Shown here one piece after another: positions 11,401-20,343 of a stretch of 57,842 bases of DNA (the stretch's first letter is position 1; every line of letters begins with the position of its first letter). Made by a program: the position numbers and the translations under genes. The stretch is taken from positions 1 to 57,842 of IMG/VR virus record IMGVR_UViG_3300031857_000214, one strand, 5' to 3'. The notes below the pieces were generated by a model that saw nothing but the letters and a program-made list of their open reading frames with translations, made no database searches and was not told the origin of the DNA. This DNA is from a virus. Its lineage: Duplodnaviria; Caudoviricetes.

Positions 11401-12027
11401 TTGATGCCTTGCGCCTATCTCTATATGAGTACAATCTGCGCTTCCTGTATTTACTGATATGTCAATTCTATTGTTAATATTAGAAATTGAATCATCACTC
11501 AATGCATCTGCATTTGCAGGAGAAAACAATTTGCTCCATGGGCCCCAAGTAGATTTCGTATTGTCTTTATATACCCATCTATATTTAAATTGGTATAATT
11601 TATTTTTTAAGCTATTGATTGGAGTATTAATATCATCAACATACCTACATACAGGACTCATTAATGGCATTGGCCTAGCTACAGTTAAGTAACTTTTTTT
11701 CCAATCAGTTCCATATGTTTTGCCAGTGATAGTTGCATCTTTGATATTAAGCTTCATTGGCCTATTTAACCTATCTGTCCAATGCAATATATCTCCATCT
11801 TCTTCTGTTCTATATAATATATTTACAGAAGCAATTGGGTATTTTGGGTCGAAATTAAATAAGTCTTCTGAGCTATCTACGTATGAAATTAGTAATGGCG
11901 ATATTGCATTTGTAAGCACATCGTATACATAAATTCCATTATAACCAGAGGAATTATAATTGAAATAAAAAACTCTTTGTTTTAATTCATCGTAGTGGGA
12001 CCCTATACACTGATTAGTAGATGGCAT
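8431..12027 (-). CDS. Tail stabilisation / nozzle protein (main part)
   Basis: LHWTDRLNRPMKLNI, YQFKYRWVYKDNTKSTWGP, YSFGLCYFDEFG, GEYGIG, SFYDYYPE motifs typical of Bacteroidota podophage stabilisation proteins. Confidence 0.8.
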   Translation of the reverse strand: MPSTNQCIGSHYDELKQRVFYFNYNSSGYNGIYVYDVLTNAISPLLISYVDSSEDLFNFDPKYPIASVNILYRTEEDGDILHWTDRLNRPMKLNIKDATITGKTYGTDWKKSYLTVARPMPLMSPVCRYVDDINTPINSLKNKLYQFKYRWVYKDNTKSTWGPWSKLFSPANADALSDDSISNINNRIDISVNTGSADCTHIEIGARHQIEEAFTDTMLIATISKNQLSIPSNNIYTYSFYNNNAYEFVDVEGDTLLFDYCPKTANAQELINGNIIAYGGIKEGNTFDRVLDLSSSVSTADNTAALSLAMTKTPASYDTGNPSDKKRPALIFTFSGGLNGLVKIVIDVNSQGITGSPYEAQFVYTYTSGDTISSIVDYFYEDMNSSYFGCIKDSDVNNQVPPNSVMIYPIDEAISINGSFEIFLSSFNITDISTAVFKHNSRYSFGLCYFDEFGVTNGVMTNENMSIITPETNISDNLGEEHLLIPKITFSVNHQPPSWAKYFSFVKTDNLTISDLTTIVCSNTIKGTGEGAGYVYFNINAYQKNTSKFPVYQFAKGDRVRIIGLKGGATSSGIVKDCSVIDLVLGGITMPWKKVDDTDEYFIKVPYNSTFMTNYGNTGFKSFYLEIYTPEYYKNSDTKLYYEFGETFQVGKDVNNNLIHEGHSQNQIFGSTSAIAAPTTNMTVALEPQTGNLGVGAYSYKVAFVKGTATSNPGEAVSVTTVSGSRRVNISNIPLGPTGTTARKIYRTAVGSNTYKLLTTISNNTATTYQDNIADSALGASIVQPAIFTFIRGDYYQKKRIEPIDGSPLFIIDKSVSDKFDSTVKNRGRAFVVDPFAKEIYFPSTIRYSREYQQNTNINNTNRFNTSNIDDYDRQRGDIQRFVTRGNQLRVFQSRGCGMVPIYQNVMQTADGTDVVSQNEGVLNRIQYYQGEYGIGNQYCSLASSASADYFTDPIIGAQIRLSADGITSLTETFKAHYYFTDKFTKYQKNVADKFGNGGYAKILGVYDVFEEQFTTCMQGSADSGNPITEMTFSFYEPKNHYTSFYDYYPEWICNAGNLIITWRNGELWTHNNTSSYSNFYGTQYNPSIKVVFNEQQNIKKHYNTLTTLGNTTWVSPTQGDIKTNLGQQSKLVQADFRIKDDKYHAALKRDMLSPGGLLNGNVLKGSWLELNLTPINPQNLVDLYYIDLSILQPLNNR

Positions 12028-12053
12028 TTATTTATTATTATATTTTATTATAA

Positions 12054-12242
12054 TTATCTTATGTCTGTTTTAAGATTAGCGTTAGTAACCTTTTTATTAC
12101 CTCTTATTGATTGGAATTTATTCATACCTTGATTACCTCTAAAAACTCCATTTTTAGCTTCCTTATGGTGTCCATTTGGAATTATATCGTTTGAATCATC
12201 AAGATTCATTGCTCCAGTAAATAATTTAGTATTTAATTTCAT
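12054..12242 (-). CDS. N-terminal fragment of the tail stabilisation protein (62 aa; start MKLNTK)
   Basis: FTGAMNLDDS...PNGHHKEAKN...IRGNKKV resembles the usual N-terminus of this family; ATG directly after upstream stop. Confidence 0.65.
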   Translation of the reverse strand: MKLNTKLFTGAMNLDDSNDIIPNGHHKEAKNGVFRGNQGMNKFQSIRGNKKVTNANLKTDIR

Positions 12243-12243
12243 A

Positions 12244-13014
12244 TTATATCTTAGCAACAAGTTTTTGACCCATTCTTATAATTTCATTAGCATCCCATAG
12301 CATAACAGGATTTTCTCTAAGGTTAGCCAATCTTTTTTGATTGTAATATTCCTTCCTTCTCAATTGCTTGTCACCTAGGCTTGCTCTTCTTCCAAGTGGC
12401 AAATGTTCTATATCTTTCCATGCTATAAAAGCTAATACAGCCTCTCTTATTTGAACAGGTACTTTATAATCAACGTCATCTGATGGGGAAGAAAGATACT
12501 CTAAAATAACATAATCAAAATCATAATCGTTTTGAAGGAAGATTAATCCATCCTCTTCAGAGATATTAAAATCACCTGCATTGTTTAAAACAGCACCAGC
12601 TCCAAATATGTTTACATATCTAGCTCCGTCAAAATAGTTTACATAAGCCAAATCTTGGAGTCTGTATGTATTACCTGTTGTATTGTCGGTATTGCTATCT
12701 GTTCTATCTGATTGGTTGATTTTATATGAAGTTAAAGCCACATTTCTTCTAAGAGTAGCGACTTCTCCTTTTGCATTTAAAACACCAACTTTTGAAAAAC
12801 CAACATAGTCTGATGGTAGATTAACTGTTTTATTAGCGTTTACTGCTAATTTAGCTGTCTTAGGAAATGAATATACATCCATCCCAAGTTCTTCAACTCC
12901 TCTTATTCCTGCAGTCCATAGTCTTCTATAGTCAGAATTAGACAAGCGAGCTTGGTCTATATACTGATAGATTATTTCTGAAAGAGGAACCCATTTTGCT
13001 GTATCTTTTGCCAT
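12244..13014 (-). CDS. Tail ring / tubular adaptor protein
   Basis: LPSDYVGFSKVG and VILEYLS...VPVQIREAVLAFIAW motifs; position before nozzle. Confidence 0.7.
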   Translation of the reverse strand: MAKDTAKWVPLSEIIYQYIDQARLSNSDYRRLWTAGIRGVEELGMDVYSFPKTAKLAVNANKTVNLPSDYVGFSKVGVLNAKGEVATLRRNVALTSYKINQSDRTDSNTDNTTGNTYRLQDLAYVNYFDGARYVNIFGAGAVLNNAGDFNISEEDGLIFLQNDYDFDYVILEYLSSPSDDVDYKVPVQIREAVLAFIAWKDIEHLPLGRRASLGDKQLRRKEYYNQKRLANLRENPVMLWDANEIIRMGQKLVAKI

Positions 13015-13019
13015 ATTTA

Positions 13020-13643
13020 TTATGCTTTATCTACACCATCATTAACTGAATCTTCAGGTGTTCCTTTTCTAATTTTAAGTTTATTTAGAATCAAATCTAT
13101 AATATCTGATATATATTCCTGTGGGACATTCAATTCGGAATCCATATCTGAATTCTCCGAGCTAACCATTCTCACTATGGCAAATTTGCCTACTAGATTT
13201 GTATAGCTTTTAAACCATAGCTTTTTCCCCTCTGCCCAATAAAATATTTTGCTTGGAGGTTGCTTTAAGTTATCCATATATTCCAACTCTCTAACAGAGA
13301 TTGGTATTGGAGATTTTGCTAATCCGGTAGAAGTAGGAAATGTTACGGTAGATATACCATACCCTCTAGATAATCCAAGGGGTACTTGAGGTAAATCTAA
13401 TGAATAATATCCAGTATCGTTATCTTTTGTGATTGCCAAGTTTTTAAATGTAGCATAAAACGAATCTGCAACAGACTCAATACCATCTAGCTTTATAGCA
13501 TCGGTATAGTTTATTTTAGCTATATAAGCAATGGCTTCACTTATATACGTATTTACTTCTTTCTCAGAAAGAGTAGCATCGTCATTAGGAACACCACCGT
13601 AGTAAATTCTCCTAATTTGTTCTATTAATACTTTTCTAGTCAT
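13020..13643 (-). CDS. Head-tail ring/adaptor protein
   Basis: Position in neck cluster, translationally coupled; LNVPQEYISDII C-terminal motif. Confidence 0.55.
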   Translation of the reverse strand: MTRKVLIEQIRRIYYGGVPNDDATLSEKEVNTYISEAIAYIAKINYTDAIKLDGIESVADSFYATFKNLAITKDNDTGYYSLDLPQVPLGLSRGYGISTVTFPTSTGLAKSPIPISVRELEYMDNLKQPPSKIFYWAEGKKLWFKSYTNLVGKFAIVRMVSSENSDMDSELNVPQEYISDIIDLILNKLKIRKGTPEDSVNDGVDKA

Positions 13644-14356
13644 TATTGACCGTCATTTTTAACTGTTTGAGATACGCGTATTAAATCGCCATCTTTTAAA
13701 TTGATTCCTATAATACCAAGTGTTCTATATATAATATCCATGTGGTCGTTTTCTGGCCATTCTAATTGAACACTACCTGTTGATGGTATCAATGTCTTGC
13801 CGGAAGGAACAGTGCCCCCAGTTGGAACATAAACTGCATTTCCAGAATCATCAACATAATAAGCCCAAACCGCATCTGCAGGTTTTTTAAAATATACAAT
13901 TTTAGCAGTAGCTAATGTAGATGGCCAAAATTTAAAATTTGACCCAATTTCTGTATATATTGGGTCGGAAGCAGTAGGAGCGTCAATTGGATTATTTACA
14001 TATGCATATATCTTATCAGCACCAACTCTTCTAACAGGGTAATCATTATCTGTTGTCCTCATTGCAGATATTTTATAAAAATCTGTAGGTTGAGGCGAAA
14101 GTTGACTTGTTATGGTTAAGTCAGATTCTTTTAAAAAATTTGATAATGAACCGCCGGTAGTTACATCATTTGAAAATCCACCTGCAGCAGTTCTTCTAAC
14201 TCCTTGATTAAACTCGGCTGTTTCGCCAGTCAAGAAGTTTAAATATTGTCTCTGAGCAGCATTAACGGCTAGATTAAAATCATCTGGAGATAAGTACGTT
14301 CCCTGAAACTTATCAACCATATATGCTACAGTTTTGTATATTTCGTTAATATTCAT
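13643..14356 (-). CDS. Head-tail ring/adaptor protein (likely start MNINEIY at 14356)
   Basis: YLSPDDFN, YFKKPADAVWAY, LEWPE motifs; longer track ORF start runs through a terminator and promoter. Confidence 0.65.
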   Translation of the reverse strand: MNINEIYKTVAYMVDKFQGTYLSPDDFNLAVNAAQRQYLNFLTGETAEFNQGVRRTAAGGFSNDVTTGGSLSNFLKESDLTITSQLSPQPTDFYKISAMRTTDNDYPVRRVGADKIYAYVNNPIDAPTASDPIYTEIGSNFKFWPSTLATAKIVYFKKPADAVWAYYVDDSGNAVYVPTGGTVPSGKTLIPSTGSVQLEWPENDHMDIIYRTLGIIGINLKDGDLIRVSQTVKNDGQ

Positions 14357-14370
14357 AATGCAAATATAAA

Positions 14371-14399
14371 TAAAAAAGCCCCTATAGAAATAGGGGCCC
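14371..14399 (-). terminator. Intrinsic terminator
   Basis: Minus strand GCCCCTAT-TTCT-ATAGGGGC followed by T-run. Confidence 0.8.
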
Positions 14400-14432
14400 T
14401 TAACCAATGAAACCATATAACACAAAGCGCGT

Positions 14433-15353
14433 TTAGGCTTTCACCAAACTCTTGATTTCTAAGTAAAAATCTCTACCTTTTTCAGTCAAACAAAACTCTG
14501 CTAAGAATTCTGCTGGCTTTTTACCATCTGGGATTTGAGCTATAAAAGTCTGCGTATCAGACCAAATAGCTTGCCCCTTGATTTGAGTTAGGTTAATTAA
14601 ACCTGCTTCAATGGCTCTATCAATCACAAATTTAGCTAAAATTAAAGGGTTGTTAAAACTCTTTAAAAACAAATCTGGATTGCGCTTGGCAGCATCATAA
14701 TATCTAATTCTTAAGCTTCTTTCAGGCAAATAATCCCTATTCTCGTCAATTACATTAACTCCAAGGTATTTGGCGTGAGGAAGCATTATTTCGTAAGATG
14801 TTGTCTTAGCCAACTCGGTAGCATTCATTTCACTTTCCAATTTCTTGAAATTCTTCTCTTCGATAGCCTCGTTGTCAACTAATGTAAAAATTGCTCTAGA
14901 TTCAGGCATTCTATTAGGATTAGCCTTATTCATGTTTGTTTTAGATAAATAGTCAACTAAAGCTGTCTTTTGAGCAGGCACTCTAAGTCTTCCATTTACA
15001 AATCTAATTTCAGGTCTTTGTTTCTTTTTTTGCTCTGATAAGTGTTCTTGCTCATCAACCCAAATTGTAGATACACCCTCTAAATAGCGTATATTTCTTT
15101 CAGTTTTTGTAACAGGGTCATAAACTACATCAAAATTCCTAATCATGTAATTTTCAGGGAATGGTAATCTTGAACCTACAGTGTTAACTTGAAATTTTTC
15201 AACCAACTCATATTCGTAATATGATACTGGTTTTTTCTTTTTTTCAACTACTTCTGGTATAAATACCGAAGCTTCATTTGTTTCTAGTGTTGCTGCTTCA
15301 ATATCAATGATATTGCCTTCAGCGTCAATTGTTTGCTTTTTTGCTTTTGCCAT
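14433..15353 (-). CDS. Conserved hypothetical protein downstream of major capsid gene
   Basis: 306 aa ORF with own promoter box and downstream terminator. Confidence 0.7.
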   Translation of the reverse strand: MAKAKKQTIDAEGNIIDIEAATLETNEASVFIPEVVEKKKKPVSYYEYELVEKFQVNTVGSRLPFPENYMIRNFDVVYDPVTKTERNIRYLEGVSTIWVDEQEHLSEQKKKQRPEIRFVNGRLRVPAQKTALVDYLSKTNMNKANPNRMPESRAIFTLVDNEAIEEKNFKKLESEMNATELAKTTSYEIMLPHAKYLGVNVIDENRDYLPERSLRIRYYDAAKRNPDLFLKSFNNPLILAKFVIDRAIEAGLINLTQIKGQAIWSDTQTFIAQIPDGKKPAEFLAEFCLTEKGRDFYLEIKSLVKA

Positions 15354-15387
15354 ATTGGTTTATTTTATATGTGTTACAAATATACAT

Positions 15388-15417
15388 AAAAAAGAAAACC
15401 CCACCATAGGTGGGGCT
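15388..15417 (-). terminator. Intrinsic terminator after major capsid gene
   Basis: CCCCACC-TAT-GGTGGGG hairpin plus T-rich tail on minus strand. Confidence 0.8.
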
Positions 15418-15437
15418 CTCTATATAATCTGCAAAGA

Positions 15438-16775
15438 TTAGTAAGTAACTGAAATGTATTGATTTGCAGCAAATACTTGCACACCGCAGTATGCCATGTG
15501 ATGCACATTCAATTCCATTTTGTCAGAAGTAGGAACTTTAGCTAAAGCACCAGTTTCCCAAACTTTTACTTCTTTTCCTGGCTCTACTTCGTTAGAAACG
15601 ATACGTAAAGAAGGGATTTTGTCTCCAGATTGAGCATCACGACCCTCTTTCATAGGAATCAAGATACCGCTATTCTTATACAAGCTAGTAGAAGGAGCAA
15701 CTCCGTATACAGCCTCAGCATTGAATGGCAAGTACTTCTTCAAATGGAAGGTAGTACCGTCAATCTTTAATGAATCAAAACCATATTTAACAGCTACGTC
15801 TTGAGAACCACCAGCGTTAGCCCAAACGATAGCACCGTTTTGGTATTTGCTGAATAATGCATCATCAACAGCTGTTCTTAAATAGCTATCCATTAAGAAG
15901 TGATATTCGCTAGCACCACCGTTAAAGTCTGCTAAACGAGCGATTTGATGGAAATCATCAATAGTGAAGCTAGAATCACCACCCCATTGGTAAGTTTGAC
16001 CACCAGCTTTGATTTGAGGAATCAAACCAGTTGTACCTACAGTTCCAGAGATATTGTCAGCAGCAGAACCAAACATTAATTTGAATTCTTTGTTGTTCAT
16101 GAAACGACGAACTGCCTCATCTAAACCTTTGTAAGTGTAGTAAGCTTGACCATTTACTTCGAAGTATAATTCTTCGATTTTAGCACGGTCAGTGATAGAG
16201 AAATCTTCACGGATTTCAGTTGTGTAGAACACTTTCTTTTCAGTTAAACCTGTTAAAGAGTTAAACTTGCTAGAAGCTTCACCAGCTTCAGTTACACCAC
16301 GGAATAACAAGAATGCTGTAGAGTTAGCACCTAAGTCATCATTGATGTCTGTAGCAGCCAATAAAGGCTTAATAGTACAAGTAGTTGCAGAAGCAACAGC
16401 TGTGATTTTGTACTGAACTCCGGTTGCAGCATTTTCAACAACTTCACCTACGCGTAATGGAGAAACACCACTGCTAACATAAGCGGAATTAATTGTAACG
16501 TCTGCGGCTGCACCTGCAGCAACTGAAGCAATAGCACCACCACTTAATTGAACTGCAGTGTGTAATTTACCTTTAGTTTCAAAGTGGAAGAACTCTCTTG
16601 AAGGAACTGTAGCTTTCATACCTAAAGCTTCCAATAATTGAGTATAGTTTTGTGCGCCATACTTTTGGATGAACTTGTCATAGTATTGCGGCTTTAAGAT
16701 AGACAAATCAGACACGAACTGTCTGTTAACTTGTCCTGTAGAGGTAACTACGTTACCTGGTTGTGATACTGGCAT
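15438..16775 (-). CDS. Major capsid protein
   Basis: 445 aa after portal and scaffold; GTTGLIPQI, YGFDSLKIDGTTFHLK motifs; followed by strong terminator. Confidence 0.85.
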   Translation of the reverse strand: MPVSQPGNVVTSTGQVNRQFVSDLSILKPQYYDKFIQKYGAQNYTQLLEALGMKATVPSREFFHFETKGKLHTAVQLSGGAIASVAAGAAADVTINSAYVSSGVSPLRVGEVVENAATGVQYKITAVASATTCTIKPLLAATDINDDLGANSTAFLLFRGVTEAGEASSKFNSLTGLTEKKVFYTTEIREDFSITDRAKIEELYFEVNGQAYYTYKGLDEAVRRFMNNKEFKLMFGSAADNISGTVGTTGLIPQIKAGGQTYQWGGDSSFTIDDFHQIARLADFNGGASEYHFLMDSYLRTAVDDALFSKYQNGAIVWANAGGSQDVAVKYGFDSLKIDGTTFHLKKYLPFNAEAVYGVAPSTSLYKNSGILIPMKEGRDAQSGDKIPSLRIVSNEVEPGKEVKVWETGALAKVPTSDKMELNVHHMAYCGVQVFAANQYISVTY

Positions 16776-16799
16776 TTTAAATTATTTTAATTTTTGTTT

Positions 16800-17945
16800 T
16801 TATAAATTGAACATTGAGCTTACCATCTTATCATAATCACTCATATCAACCGCAGCAGCTGGTCTTGGAGAATTGCTGTAATCAATATTCTTAATCCCTC
16901 TTAACATATCCGCCTTTGCTTTGCTTACTGCTTGAGTAACCATAGAATTGACGATTTTGTCTCTGTTTTGCAAGAAGTAAACATCTTCGGCTAATTGTTT
17001 GGTATCGTATTTACCATCCTTGTAATAACGATTGCCATAAAATTGCTCAAGGTCAAAAGACTTTAAATCACCTTGAAGTTGTGCTTTTTCTTCTTGAGTT
17101 AAAGCATATTTTCCGTCAAAATGAACATCCTCGTCCTTGTAATTAACGGTAAATCCTTCAAAGTTCTTTAATCCATCATCAATGCTATTTTCAAACATTC
17201 TTCTGGATTCTTCATAGACCTTTGACATTTCTTCTTGCTGAGCTGCTAGATATTGATTCACAACTTCATCTGTATTAACAGTTGTCTGTGATTCTTTAAA
17301 TTGACTCAGAATATCTGGAAAACTAATGTCCTGTTTTAAAGTTTGCAAGTAATCCTTGGCCTCACGTACATCTTTCTTCAACTCTCTTGCAATAGCTTTT
17401 TCTTGTTTTTCAATCCTCTTTCTTGTAGCAGCAATTTCTTCATCTGTCATTGTGCTCTCATCGAAATCCTTATCTACACTATATTTAGAATTAAACTCCT
17501 CTTCAATTTCTTGTGGAGTTAAATCTGGATAATCATAGGCTATTTTAAGCCTTAATATATCAGATTCATCTAATTTATCAATCTCTGAAAGAACTTTTTG
17601 CTCATACATTAAATCTGCTACATCTGAAATGTTACCGGAAACTAAACTTTCGTATATTTCCTTTGCCATTTCATTTTCCCACTCAAAAGTAATTTCTGGT
17701 TGTGGTACATTGTAATACGATTCGCTTTCAATGTTTGAGTCGTTTTGATAATTTGCATCACTTGATACATTATCATCAATACTTGGTGATTCCGTATTAC
17801 CTTCAGTATTTACAGATTCTGTAGGTGTTGATTCTACAGAGCTTGAATCTTGAGGTAATTCTGTTCCGTTGCTTAGGTCGTTTGTTACACTTGGGTCAGT
17901 AGCATAACTACTTGAATCAAATGGGTTGATTTCTTGCTCAGTCAT
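16800..17945 (-). CDS. Putative scaffolding protein
   Basis: Very acidic, coiled-coil, between portal and capsid. Confidence 0.65.
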   Translation of the reverse strand: MTEQEINPFDSSSYATDPSVTNDLSNGTELPQDSSSVESTPTESVNTEGNTESPSIDDNVSSDANYQNDSNIESESYYNVPQPEITFEWENEMAKEIYESLVSGNISDVADLMYEQKVLSEIDKLDESDILRLKIAYDYPDLTPQEIEEEFNSKYSVDKDFDESTMTDEEIAATRKRIEKQEKAIARELKKDVREAKDYLQTLKQDISFPDILSQFKESQTTVNTDEVVNQYLAAQQEEMSKVYEESRRMFENSIDDGLKNFEGFTVNYKDEDVHFDGKYALTQEEKAQLQGDLKSFDLEQFYGNRYYKDGKYDTKQLAEDVYFLQNRDKIVNSMVTQAVSKAKADMLRGIKNIDYSNSPRPAAAVDMSDYDKMVSSMFNL

Positions 17946-17976
17946 ATTGGTTTATTTTGTTTTGCAAATATATAAA

Positions 17977-20322
17977 TTATTGTGCTTCTTCCATTTGTAA
18001 TTCCTCACCACCTTCTTCTTGCTCCATTTCTTCAGGATTTCCTTCTTCCATTCCCTGTTGTTGTTGCATCATTTGCTGCTGCATCATTTGTTCTTGCATA
18101 GCTTCTTGCTGTTTACCTTGGAAATACTGTTGAACTATTGATTGCAATTCTGGACTCAAAGGTCTTCCTAACTCAAATGACTTCAATAAAGCATTTTGAA
18201 CAAATTCTTGTTGAGACAACTCTTGCTTATGCTTCATTTCAGTAGTAATAATAGCTGCTTTTGTTTGAGCCTCTATTTGCTGTAATTGAGCATCCGCTTG
18301 AGCTTTAACCTGAATTGATTGTTGTTGAGCTTGAGCATTCATTTGAGAGTTCATTTGAGCTTTTTGCATCTCTTTCTGCTCTTTAATACTCTTTGCCTTT
18401 GAAAGATACATTTCAGCTAGTTTAGTATTTTTTATACTTCTAATTCTGAATGCATCTTCAAATTCGATTATGCCAGCAGAAAGTGCAGTTTGAACCATTT
18501 GCTCTACAAATTGCTTTTCTTTATCATCTGGCATTACTTCAATCATAACGTCAAATACTCTGCCTTTAACGCTATCTGGGTTTAAATATTCTTCATATTG
18601 CTTACCTCCGTATAATACAGAATCATAAAGCAATAAAGCAATCTTAAATGATGTTTGTTGATATATGTTTAAGTAAGCATCATATATGAAATCTGTAGCA
18701 TTATTAGATGCTTGTATTTGAGATTGTTGAACACCAAGGCCAAGTTTTGGATTTACCTGAGCTCCCTCTCTATATTCATTTACACCAATTTCATCACGAA
18801 GTCTATCTAAGTAGTGATTATAAACAGAGATAAGTTGTTGTATCTGTCCAATACTACCTGTGTTTGGAGCTTCTTGAATTGGTATGCCATTCATTCCTTC
18901 ACCATCCTCCGTCTTTCTTCTATAGTAAATATTACCAGTTTGGTCGTATACCTTTTGTAGTTCTAATGGATTCAATGCTTTACCTTGACCAATATTAATT
19001 TCTGATAAAGAATCAATATCTATAATTAATCCCGCAGGTCTAAGCTTTGCAATTAATTGTTGAATTTTTAAATGCGCCAAAGTCATTTGTCGAATAGATG
19101 TTTCCATTCTTTCAGGAATGGCCATATTCTCCAAATCTAAATTCTCGTGCATATAAATACTATAACTAAAAAATGCATCAGCCATCTCTTTAACAGTAGT
19201 TGGCTTAATCATATTTTTAGCTAATCCCCACTCAAGCATGAACTCACTATTAAGAACATATACACCACGATATATAACATACATATCCTTGGTAATCAAC
19301 TCTTTATTATCTCCTAATTTTTGAGGAGTCTTGTCTTTTCTTTCAACAATAACATTACCAAACTTATTTGTTTTAGCTTGATACATTACATTGTCAATAG
19401 TCTTAATCTCGTAGTCTAAAACATCTACAGTCCAATCATCATAAGGCCTATCAATAGCATATCTAAATCTATCGTCCCACTTAACTGATTGTGTATATTG
19501 CTTTGCTTTCTTAGAGATTTCCCAAATCTTTTCTTCTGGGAAATTAGGGTAGTTATTTCTAATGTCAACAATTTTCATTGAAATAACCTCACCTATAAAA
19601 GATACATCACGGAAATCGTCATATTGAGAAAACCCATAAAATGAGTTCTCTGGAACTACTCTTCTAATCTTTACTTTTCCATTGTTACCAACAGATACTT
19701 TTGTAGCTCCTATGCCTGTTTCAGATATATCTTCTAATAACTTACGTTTGATTACAGGCCATCCATTTTCATTTAAAACGAATTCACATCCCTTTTCAAA
19801 CAAAATCTCTTCTGGCAACTTATATTCTAATCCAAAATACAATTCTAATTCTTCATAATCAGCTGGAACGTATTGATTACTAGGCATTACTTTAACATCA
19901 CCCATCTCCTCCATCTGTTTCATTTCATCACCATAATTCATCATGAACTCGGTTTCCTCTCTATCAAACTTCTTTCTTTCAACAGATACAGGGTCTATAG
20001 CAGATGCGCGAACTCTTTCATCACGCTTCATAAATCCACCTATAATAACCTGCATGAATTTAGGAGCAATAGCAGGAGCTTTCATATCTAAATTTACAAA
20101 TGCTTCCTTTCCGTCTACATTTAATAAATCTAGAAACTCAGCCATTGGCTGCTTGCCTCTTGAAAACTTTCTATTTTTTTCAAACTTCTTGTTTCTTTTA
20201 GTAAAATATCCGCTATTGTATGCTTGTTGCAAAAACTTGGATATCTTTAGGCCCTCGGCCGTATCCCTCTTTAACTTGGAATTACCAAGGTGGAAATTTA
20301 ATAATTGTTTGTTGTCGCTCAT
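17977..20322 (-). CDS. Portal protein
   Basis: 781 aa after terminase; PAIAPKFMQVIIGG, LAHLKIQQLIAKLRP, QTGNIYYR, EIGVNEYREG; Gln-rich C-terminal barrel. Confidence 0.9.
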   Translation of the reverse strand: MSDNKQLLNFHLGNSKLKRDTAEGLKISKFLQQAYNSGYFTKRNKKFEKNRKFSRGKQPMAEFLDLLNVDGKEAFVNLDMKAPAIAPKFMQVIIGGFMKRDERVRASAIDPVSVERKKFDREETEFMMNYGDEMKQMEEMGDVKVMPSNQYVPADYEELELYFGLEYKLPEEILFEKGCEFVLNENGWPVIKRKLLEDISETGIGATKVSVGNNGKVKIRRVVPENSFYGFSQYDDFRDVSFIGEVISMKIVDIRNNYPNFPEEKIWEISKKAKQYTQSVKWDDRFRYAIDRPYDDWTVDVLDYEIKTIDNVMYQAKTNKFGNVIVERKDKTPQKLGDNKELITKDMYVIYRGVYVLNSEFMLEWGLAKNMIKPTTVKEMADAFFSYSIYMHENLDLENMAIPERMETSIRQMTLAHLKIQQLIAKLRPAGLIIDIDSLSEINIGQGKALNPLELQKVYDQTGNIYYRRKTEDGEGMNGIPIQEAPNTGSIGQIQQLISVYNHYLDRLRDEIGVNEYREGAQVNPKLGLGVQQSQIQASNNATDFIYDAYLNIYQQTSFKIALLLYDSVLYGGKQYEEYLNPDSVKGRVFDVMIEVMPDDKEKQFVEQMVQTALSAGIIEFEDAFRIRSIKNTKLAEMYLSKAKSIKEQKEMQKAQMNSQMNAQAQQQSIQVKAQADAQLQQIEAQTKAAIITTEMKHKQELSQQEFVQNALLKSFELGRPLSPELQSIVQQYFQGKQQEAMQEQMMQQQMMQQQQGMEEGNPEEMEQEEGGEELQMEEAQ

Positions 20323-20343
20323 AAGTATAGCAAAAGTACAAAA

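Noticed and set aside
2279-11932. Plus-strand track ORFs opposite the structural genes (e.g. 5844..6374, 3951..4289, 8815..9120)
   Set aside because: Antisense shadows of long real genes with low-complexity translations
14357-14425. N-terminal extension of the ring protein in the track
   Set aside because: Overlaps terminator and promoter; ATG 14356 is better
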